Program-made: the position numbers and the translations under genes | Notes under the pieces: generated by a model | What the model was told of the DNA's origin: nothing | The model's database searches: none | What the model saw: the letters and a program-made list of their open reading frames with translations, nothing else | NCBI GenBank assembly: GCA_942491655.1 | Contig: CALOBL010000006.1 | Coordinates: forward strand, 98,126-162,125 | DNA from: Candidatus Cloacimonadaceae bacterium | GTDB taxonomy: Bacteria; Cloacimonadota; Cloacimonadia; Cloacimonadales; TCS61 | Length of the DNA stretch: 64,000 nucleotides | Direction: 5' to 3' | Shown here: positions 1-7,335 of the stretch, piece by piece | Layout: each line of letters begins with the position of its first letter | Position numbering within the stretch: the stretch's first letter is position 1

Positions 1-1321
1 CAATGGGCAATGTAACAATAAATGCATCGATCTCGCGTAATGATACTTTCCGCAATCCCTCTACAATGTTTTTTACCGGCACAATATTTATTTGAGGATG
101 ATCGTGACTGAAGAATTCATACCATACATAACCTGAAACAATACCGACATCTTTACCATAGAGTTTTCTGGTATTATTTAGTTCATGATTTTCTTTTGTG
201 GTAATTATAACTCCGGGAAAAACCAGATGAGGTTCCGAAAAAAGCATATATTCTGCTCGACCTGGAGTCTGGGCAGCAGCAGGTAACAGATCAATTTCCC
301 TGTTTTCAGCTTTCTTAAGAACTTCATCCCAGTTCTGGCATTGAACAACTTCAAAATTCACATTTAAGGCTTTTTCTATGAGCTCCATGAATTCTGCAGT
401 AATACCAAGGTATTGACCATCTTCATCAAACCATTCGATGGGTGGGAATTGGGGATCAGGTGCGATTCGGATAACCTTATGTTCAGCTAACCAGGCAGCT
501 TCTTCTGCGGTCAGCTGAGTTCGGGTCCATGACTGAAAATCATTAGCTGTAAAACCATACCATTTATTATAAAGAGCGAGTTTTTCCTCTTCACTAATTG
601 AAGCGAGGGCTTTATTCAGTATCACTACCAATTCCGGCCAATCTTTTCGAATGGAATAGAGAAGATCCATTTTGTATTGTTCATCATTAAAAATATGAGC
701 AATTGTTATGTTTTCATGGAACAACTTGCGATATTCGGAGAACATACCAAGCGTAAGGAAGGAAGCATCCGCTTTTTTCCCCCTAACAAGATTGAATGCT
801 TCAATCTCGGTACCTGTTCTTATGATCTGAACATTTTCCAGAGACGCCAGAAGTTTATCAAGCCAGGCATTGCCTTTGATGCTGGCTATTTTTTTTCCAT
901 GGAGATCTTCTTCAGACCTTATTTTATCGGCCTGGTCGGGAGTTGTGACCAGAGCGTAGTATTCAATTAAATAGGGTTCAGTGAAACGGAAGAACTCCCG
1001 TCTTTCATCATTTGCCGCAGATTCGGCTAATCCATCTAATTCGTGGTTTTTAGCCATTTCAACAATTTCATTCCACTTGCCCGGAACGATCTCAATTTTT
1101 GTTCCCGCGATTTCATTGATCATTGTGATAAGATCAATATCATAGCCCTTATGTTGGCCGTTTTCTGCGGGAAAAATGAAAGGAGCCCAAGACTCACCAA
1201 TGCCAAGCCGGATCACCGGATGCTGTTCCAGCCAGGAGATCTCGTCCGGTGTAAGTTCAAACGCCATGAGCGCACTGCAAATTAGCAGTAAAGCAATTAG
1301 CATAAATCTGCGTAATTGCAT
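1..1321 (-). CDS. Sensor protein, N-terminal fragment: signal peptide plus two tandem periplasmic solute-binding (SBP family 3 / Venus-flytrap) domains, BvgS-like input; the rest lies beyond the window start
   Basis: Absent from the ORF track because it runs off the edge. Manual minus-strand translation from ATG 1321-1319 gives MQLRRFMLIALLLICSALMAFELTPDEISWLEQHPVIRLGIGESWAPFIF... The frame stays open to nt 2 (...VEGLRKVSLREIDAFIVTLPI). A second SBP-like repeat starts near LTAEEAAWLAEHKVIRIAPDPQFPPIEW. Confidence 0.7.
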   Translation of the reverse strand, partial: MQLRRFMLIALLLICSALMAFELTPDEISWLEQHPVIRLGIGESWAPFIFPAENGQHKGYDIDLITMINEIAGTKIEIVPGKWNEIVEMAKNHELDGLAESAANDERREFFRFTEPYLIEYYALVTTPDQADKIRSEEDLHGKKIASIKGNAWLDKLLASLENVQIIRTGTEIEAFNLVRGKKADASFLTLGMFSEYRKLFHENITIAHIFNDEQYKMDLLYSIRKDWPELVVILNKALASISEEEKLALYNKWYGFTANDFQSWTRTQLTAEEAAWLAEHKVIRIAPDPQFPPIEWFDEDGQYLGITAEFMELIEKALNVNFEVVQCQNWDEVLKKAENREIDLLPAAAQTPGRAEYMLFSEPHLVFPGVIITTKENHELNNTRKLYGKDVGIVSGYVWYEFFSHDHPQINIVPVKNIVEGLRKVSLREIDAFIVTLPI

Positions 1322-1373
1322 GAAGCAACATTTTTTTCCATTCCTTAACATAGGTTACGCCCCTTTCATCAAA

Positions 1374-3443
1374 TTACAATATAGGCAGGGTTATAGTAAA
1401 AACTGTTCCCGTTGGATTATTATCTGAAATTGTTATCCTGCCATTATAACGTTCAATGGTTTTTTTCACTATATACAATCCCAACCCGGTGTTGCCTGTT
1501 TTTCCCAGGGTGAACTCTTTCTGGAAAACCTTGGTTTTCATTTCATCTGGAATACCCTTCCCATTGTCTATAATACTGATGGAGCAGTAATCATCTGAAC
1601 CATCTAGTCTTATTATGATCTTTGTTGCTTCAGCATGACGAATTGCATTACTGATAAGGTTGTCCATAACAGACAAGAAAGCGCTGTCTGCTTTTATCTG
1701 GCAGGAACCCACAATTTCAATGGGGAAGTTATAGTTAGATATAATTGAATCAGCTATTTTTTTCACATCAGTTTCTACCAGTTCTTTTTCGCTGACGATA
1801 GTTTTAAAAAGTTCACGCATGCGTCTAATAAGATCAGTTGCTTTTGTGACATGATTTTCTAATTCGTTTACAAATTCCATGTTTCCCGATTTGCGGAATA
1901 ATCTAATGGCACTGCTAACGACACTGAGACTGTTTAAAACATCGTGCCAAAGTATACTGTTAATCACGTTTAATTGTTCTTCTTTTTCGCTCAGGATCTG
2001 TTCAATGTTCTTTCTTTCGGAAATATCTTTGATGAAACCTTCCAGGGCAACAATTTTGTCGTGCCTTCCCTTAACGGCTTCACCTTTTTCCCAGACCCAT
2101 TTAACGGTTTTATCTTTAGAGATTATTCGATATTCAAGTTCATAAAAAGTTTGCTTGTCTAAGGCTTCCTGAACAGTATTTTTTACCATCTGTCGATCAT
2201 CGGGGTGAACTAACTGAAAATAAGAGATTTTATTATTGTCGATCAGTTCTTCTGCGGTATAGCCACTAATTTTTTTTATTCCGTTACTAAGATATTTCAT
2301 GTTCCACTTATCATCATTATCACATCGATAAGCAGCCCCCGGGAGATTATGCATAAGGGTTGAGACCTTTCTTTCGCTTTCTTTAAGGTTATTATAGCTG
2401 CCGATAAGTTGCTTTCTCTGATCCTGAACAACTTGATAATTTCTGGCATTGCTAATAATCAGACCGCAAATATCGATAAGGAATAAACTGAGATTAAGGT
2501 AGTGCTGTTTGTATTCTGGAAATGCCAGATCCTCAATTTTTACTGCCCCCAGAACATTCCCTTTGGTTTTAATCTGTAAGAGAAAGCCCTGCCCGGAATC
2601 CGACCATTTGTAAGGATTGTTTAGATTTGAGAGCTCAGACAACACTTTCTTATCTTTTGATTCTTTGCCGGATTTGGAAACCAGCTGGAAAGGAATACCA
2701 TCTTTAAAGTTAAGATAATATAATGTTTGCGGGGCAAAAAGCATATCCATTATGAGGATTATATTATTAATGATCTCATTTTCACTAAGACTGTGTGATA
2801 GTTTACCGATCATGTCCAGAGCCATGGCATATTCCGAAAGTTGCTGGTTTTTCTTTTGTAGTTCAGTGTTTTTTTGAATTCTGTCTTGCTGGAAAAGGTA
2901 ACTTTCCAGGTTCAATTTTAAAACATCTAAGCCGACAGGAACAGATCTTACTTCCTTCTGCAGAAACTTACCTAATTCTTTAAGTTTTAGATCTGCCGAA
3001 GGGTAAACCTCAGTGTCAAGGAGCAGTAAATGATTGCATGATTCTTGGAAAAAATCTTTGGCTGTTGATTGGTTGAATCCCCATGTTTTCAGGTTTTGTT
3101 CCCAACTTTCCAGCCAACCGGGAGTAATTAGATAGGCTCCGGATAAGATGAAATGATCGATAATAGTTTTATTAAGCAGCAATTCAAAACAATTTTCCTG
3201 GCGGAAAAGTATTACATTATCGTCGAAATCTTTAAGCTTATCAAGGCAAACACCTCCAATAATAACATGAGTAATATCAGGTTCGCCATTACTATCCAGA
3301 TCCAGGTTTTGGGTGGTAAGCGGGGGTTTGCCGCAATAGGAAGGAAAGGTTCTTACTTCTATGTCTGCCAGTTTTGAAGTCTCAACCACGCTACGAACTT
3401 CAGCTTCCATATTTTTGCAAACATGAAGAGTAATCTTATTCAT
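1374..3443 (-). CDS. Soluble sensor histidine kinase: DUF1638-like N-terminal domain, GAF-like region, PAS, dimerisation/H-box, HATPase_c
   Basis: 689-aa ORF. HATPase_c boxes are present (N-box DNLISNAIRHA, G1 IIDNGKGIP, G2 GNTGLGLYIVKKTIE). Candidate H-box SILWHDVLNSL. One PAS ends in IKDISERKN. The N-terminal ~190 aa (MNKITLHVCKN...YLITPGWLESWEQNL...) are recognised by eye as DUF1638-like. No TM helix seen. Confidence 0.85.
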   Translation of the reverse strand: MNKITLHVCKNMEAEVRSVVETSKLADIEVRTFPSYCGKPPLTTQNLDLDSNGEPDITHVIIGGVCLDKLKDFDDNVILFRQENCFELLLNKTIIDHFILSGAYLITPGWLESWEQNLKTWGFNQSTAKDFFQESCNHLLLLDTEVYPSADLKLKELGKFLQKEVRSVPVGLDVLKLNLESYLFQQDRIQKNTELQKKNQQLSEYAMALDMIGKLSHSLSENEIINNIILIMDMLFAPQTLYYLNFKDGIPFQLVSKSGKESKDKKVLSELSNLNNPYKWSDSGQGFLLQIKTKGNVLGAVKIEDLAFPEYKQHYLNLSLFLIDICGLIISNARNYQVVQDQRKQLIGSYNNLKESERKVSTLMHNLPGAAYRCDNDDKWNMKYLSNGIKKISGYTAEELIDNNKISYFQLVHPDDRQMVKNTVQEALDKQTFYELEYRIISKDKTVKWVWEKGEAVKGRHDKIVALEGFIKDISERKNIEQILSEKEEQLNVINSILWHDVLNSLSVVSSAIRLFRKSGNMEFVNELENHVTKATDLIRRMRELFKTIVSEKELVETDVKKIADSIISNYNFPIEIVGSCQIKADSAFLSVMDNLISNAIRHAEATKIIIRLDGSDDYCSISIIDNGKGIPDEMKTKVFQKEFTLGKTGNTGLGLYIVKKTIERYNGRITISDNNPTGTVFTITLPIL

Positions 3444-3444
3444 T

Positions 3445-4488
3445 TCAGATCCTTATGGGATAATAACCGAATTCATGTACTGTTTTGGAAATTGTCAGCA
3501 AGGTTTCATCACTAACCTGCCAGGGTATTTCACCGTGATTGTCGGACAGGATGAATCCTCCTCCGGGAGCACCTTTTTTAATAGCACTAAGGACATTATC
3601 CCTGGTCTCCTCTTCGGACCAACGCCGCATCTCAATTCCATTCAGGTTACCGATAATGGTAAGTTTATGATGGAAGGCTTTTTTCAGGTCCAGGATGTCT
3701 TCAGTTGAACTGACACCAATAATTGCCGTACCCGTAGTTGAGAGTTCTTCAGCAATAGGAAGACTGATGCCGGAAGCAAGATGGGTAGCGGTTGGACCTT
3801 TGATCTGACTGATCGTGTTTTTGGCGATCTGGTAGCCGGTTTTCAGGTAAAGTTCTTTGGGAATAATGGTGGAAGAAGAGACGGGGTCGAAGTAACAGAT
3901 AGCCGTGGCGCCAGCTTCAAGCTGAGCATTGGCCCATTCTATACAGAAGCGGGTATTTATTTCCATTAATTTTCGGAAATATGGTTCGTTTTCATAGATC
4001 AGGTTAAGGTATTTATCGAAACCCATCTGCATTACAGGAAGTGAGAAGGGTGACATGACAACCCCGATGATAGGGACAGAATCCTTAACCTCCTTGAACA
4101 ACAACTCAGTCGTCTTCAATACTCTGTTAAGGACAACAGATTCACGAACTGAGGGGAAATGCATTTTATCTATATCAGACAATTTTGAAATGACCGGGTC
4201 ACCTGAATTAGGGGGTCCTTCATTATTATAAATCACATCTCCGCCCATCACTTCGATTTCAACAGGGGCGTAATAGAATGTGTAATAACAATCGTGTTTA
4301 TATCTTTCTCGCATTTCCAACTGAGCTTCTGCAACAGCTTCCGGGTAGCGGAAGTATTCCTTTATAGACATATTTTTGAATTTAGCGCCATGCAGGCTGA
4401 GCAGCAGAAAGAAAGGTACTCTGTCTGCCTCATTGAATCCCAGAGTTGTGAGAACTCTTTGCATTGAATTCATTATTTCTTTACTCAT
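3445..4488 (-). CDS. URO-D family (MtaA/MtbA/CmuA-like) corrinoid-dependent methyltransferase
   Basis: 347-aa ORF with overall URO-D/methylcobamide methyltransferase resemblance (RVPFFLL, GATAICYFDP, GGGFILSDNHGEIP). The start overlaps the upstream stop (ATGA at 4485-4488). The stop lies 1 nt from the kinase start. Confidence 0.8.
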   Translation of the reverse strand: MSKEIMNSMQRVLTTLGFNEADRVPFFLLLSLHGAKFKNMSIKEYFRYPEAVAEAQLEMRERYKHDCYYTFYYAPVEIEVMGGDVIYNNEGPPNSGDPVISKLSDIDKMHFPSVRESVVLNRVLKTTELLFKEVKDSVPIIGVVMSPFSLPVMQMGFDKYLNLIYENEPYFRKLMEINTRFCIEWANAQLEAGATAICYFDPVSSSTIIPKELYLKTGYQIAKNTISQIKGPTATHLASGISLPIAEELSTTGTAIIGVSSTEDILDLKKAFHHKLTIIGNLNGIEMRRWSEEETRDNVLSAIKKGAPGGGFILSDNHGEIPWQVSDETLLTISKTVHEFGYYPIRI

Positions 4489-5111
4489 TCGGTCACCTCC
4501 ATAAGAGAATTGATCAAGGTGAGGGTTGCTTTGGCATCTGCCGCGGTAGCATCCGCCCCAACTTCTTCTGCCAGAAGCTTATCGAAGCGGAAGGGTGCTC
4601 CGCCAACGATAATTTTCACAGGATTACCTGACTGTTTTAATTTTTCAGTCAGTTTTTTTATCTGGAGGGCTGAAGGCAACATGAGAGTTGATATCAAAAT
4701 TATTTTAATAGATTCAGAATTTATCCTTTCTAACAGTTCATCAACAGTTACCCTGCCGAAATCGAGTAGAGAGTAGCCGCTTGCTCTAAGGAGAGAATAG
4801 ACAATCCTTTTTCCCAGCAGATGGAAATCATCCAGTACCGCAATAGCCATTCTGGGTTGATTAATCCGCCTGGGGTCTGAATATGGCAGGATCTCCTCAA
4901 CGATTTCTTCCACTATTCTTCCGCTCATATAGACCTGAGATAAAGCAACGGTACCTTTTTCCCAGTCTTCTCCGATCTTCTCTAAGGCGGGAACAATAAT
5001 ACTTTCTATTACAGCGAAGGGATCATTTTCATTCAGGTTGGATCTGGCTATTTCCCGGGCGGCGAGTCTGTCGGTTTCCAGCAATGCTGTAATGAAATTA
5101 TTTACTTTCAT
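4485..5111 (-). CDS. Cobalamin-binding corrinoid protein (B12-binding_2 cap plus B12-binding Rossmann domain, MtaC/MtbC-like)
   Basis: His-on B12 signature is present: DxHxxG (DDFHLLG), SxL (STL), GG (IIVGGAPF). The longest ORF starts at 5195. A GGAGG 5 nt upstream of the ATG at 5111 (MKVNNFITALL...) makes 5111 the more likely start. Confidence 0.85.
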   Translation of the reverse strand: MKVNNFITALLETDRLAAREIARSNLNENDPFAVIESIIVPALEKIGEDWEKGTVALSQVYMSGRIVEEIVEEILPYSDPRRINQPRMAIAVLDDFHLLGKRIVYSLLRASGYSLLDFGRVTVDELLERINSESIKIILISTLMLPSALQIKKLTEKLKQSGNPVKIIVGGAPFRFDKLLAEEVGADATAADAKATLTLINSLMEVTE

Positions 5112-5187
5112 TTGACCCTCCATTCTATATTTTCTGCATTCTGAAGTCCATCCGGCAGCTGCCGGATGAACTCCAGTCTGCTTAACA

Positions 5188-7284
5188 TTAATCATGATCT
5201 TTTAATTTTGCTTCCAGTTCAGCCAATTTATTTCTCAATTCTTTAATGCGGAATTCTCTTCCGGCAAAAAGTTTATTATATTTCTTCAGATCCATATTTT
5301 TCTTCTCCAGTTCCGAGGTTCTTTCTTTAACAAGTTCTTCCAAATGATCCCTGTACTGGATAAGTTCGAGCTGTGCTTTTTTCTTTTGTGTGATGTCGTT
5401 TGTAAGTATTACAACCCGATCAACCTGATTATTTTCATTCATAATAGCATAGAAATATTGAGATATCCATTCTGCTTTAAATTTATGAATCTCTTTAAGT
5501 TTTAATTCGGGGATTTCGTAACTTCCACCCTGAGTGTAAACTCGTTTGATTTCATTTATACTTGAGCCCAGGTACTCATCTTTCTGATTGAACAGCAGCT
5601 TTTCTCTTGGTTTCTTATAAGCGGCAATTTCAGCATTGGTGAGTCCCCAGAGTTTCTGCCAGGCTTTGTTGCAGAGCAATAAGGTGCCAGTTGTGTCTCG
5701 CACAGAAATGCCGATGGGTGAGCCTTCGATAACAGTTCTATTCAGCAATTCACTTCTTTTAATCATTTTTTCTGTTATTTTCTGATCGGTAATATCTCTG
5801 AAGCTCCATACTCTGCCAACCGGAACACCATCTAAGGATTGAGGTTTTGAATATCTTTCAATAATGCGTCCGTCTTTAAAATGTAGTATATCAAAACTTT
5901 CTGCATTCGGATTATGATATAGTTCTTGAACTTTGGCGATAAAACCGGCGGGATTGACCAATTGCCCTATAATATGTTTGATGGCAAATCCCATATTTTC
6001 CGGAGAAACCAGATCTTTTTTCTTACCCTCAGGAAGAATATCACTGGAAATTCCCCAAAGCTCGATAAATTTATCATTATAATCAACGATTCTACCTTCA
6101 AGATCAACAACTAAAATACTGTCTGCAGTAGCTTCAAGAGTGGCTTGCAATCGAGACATGGTACTGATGAGATTTTGTTCAGCTTTCTTGCTTTCATCAA
6201 TATCCATATGAATACCTACAGCACGAAGCGGATGTCCATTCTCGTCTCTTTCAACTATCTGTCCCCAGCTAAGTATCCATTTATAGGAACCATCCTTACA
6301 CTTGAGTCTTTGTTCGCTCTGGAAATATTTATCTTTTTGATTTTTCCCTAGACCGCGCAGGTATAATATTGTATTCTTATCTTCAGGATGTATAAGATTC
6401 AGCCAGGCTTTGTTTGTATCTGGAATTTCTCCCGGTTTGTAACCTAACATAGTCGACCAGCGTTCTGAACGATATACAATACCCGTTATGAAATCAATAT
6501 CCCAAAGACCAAGCTTAGCTCCATTCATTGCCATTTCCAGTCTTTGTCTGCTCTCTGAAAGTGCGGTTCGGGCTTTTTCTTTTTCAGTAATATCGCGCCA
6601 GACAGTATAGATAATGTCTTTTCCTTTTACCTTGATATGAGTTAGGGAAACATCTACCCAGAGCTCATTTCCTTCAGCGTTAAGGTGCAGCCATTCAAAA
6701 CGGGCATAGCTTTTTTTAGTGGCTTTTTTTAATACCGTTTTTGCTTTTTCGATGGAAAGTGTGCCATCTGATTGATATTCTGGAGAAATCTCCCAGGGGA
6801 ATTTTCCGATAATGTCATCTTTGGACTTGTAGTTCATGAATTTAAGGGTGGCAGCATTGCAGTCGATGAATTTCATGTTTTCTATAAGAAGGTTCGGATC
6901 GGTTGATTTTTCGAACAAACCTCTATACCGATTCTCACTTTCTTCCAGCTGCATTCTGCTGATCTTGGTTTCTGTAACATCTCTAACAACAGCCAGAACA
7001 AAACTTCTATCTTCCAGATCTATACGATTTAACAGCACGGTTGCATAGAAGTTTTCACCATCGCTCCTTTGATGTATCCATTCAAAGAAGTTTGAGCCTT
7101 TTTCAAGTGCGGTATTCATCATTTCCCTGGCTTTTTCTTCTGAATTTCTACCATCTGGTTGTCTGGGAGGAGAAAGTTTCCAGGGTGCCATTTTCAGGAA
7201 TTCTTCTCTATTAACAAGTTGGAAAAGTTCAATTACAGCCTTATTTGCTGTAGCAAATTTCCAATCTGGTCCCTCCAGTGTCAT
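5188..7284 (-). CDS. PAS-only sensor protein (5 PAS domains) with conserved C-terminal coiled-coil tail, no recognisable output domain
   Basis: 698 aa. Five PAS repeats end in VRDVTETK, WRDITEKEK, HMDIDESKK, FRDITDQK and TNDITQKKK. They are followed by RDHLEELVKERTSELEKKNMDLKKYNKLFAGREFRIKELRNKLAELEAKL. No HATPase, GGDEF, HD or HTH segment seen. Confidence 0.8.
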   Translation of the reverse strand: MTLEGPDWKFATANKAVIELFQLVNREEFLKMAPWKLSPPRQPDGRNSEEKAREMMNTALEKGSNFFEWIHQRSDGENFYATVLLNRIDLEDRSFVLAVVRDVTETKISRMQLEESENRYRGLFEKSTDPNLLIENMKFIDCNAATLKFMNYKSKDDIIGKFPWEISPEYQSDGTLSIEKAKTVLKKATKKSYARFEWLHLNAEGNELWVDVSLTHIKVKGKDIIYTVWRDITEKEKARTALSESRQRLEMAMNGAKLGLWDIDFITGIVYRSERWSTMLGYKPGEIPDTNKAWLNLIHPEDKNTILYLRGLGKNQKDKYFQSEQRLKCKDGSYKWILSWGQIVERDENGHPLRAVGIHMDIDESKKAEQNLISTMSRLQATLEATADSILVVDLEGRIVDYNDKFIELWGISSDILPEGKKKDLVSPENMGFAIKHIIGQLVNPAGFIAKVQELYHNPNAESFDILHFKDGRIIERYSKPQSLDGVPVGRVWSFRDITDQKITEKMIKRSELLNRTVIEGSPIGISVRDTTGTLLLCNKAWQKLWGLTNAEIAAYKKPREKLLFNQKDEYLGSSINEIKRVYTQGGSYEIPELKLKEIHKFKAEWISQYFYAIMNENNQVDRVVILTNDITQKKKAQLELIQYRDHLEELVKERTSELEKKNMDLKKYNKLFAGREFRIKELRNKLAELEAKLKDHD

Positions 7285-7335
7285 GTAACCATCCTTGGAA
7301 GATTCGAAGATTTCACGATACAGGATCTCGCTATC

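Noticed and set aside
677-1427. Plus-strand ORFs 677..970, 1043..1285 and 1176..1427 from the ORF track
   Set aside because: They are antisense to a long open minus-strand frame (1..1321) with clear solute-binding-domain sequence and a signal peptide. Their translations are low-complexity with no recognisable motifs.
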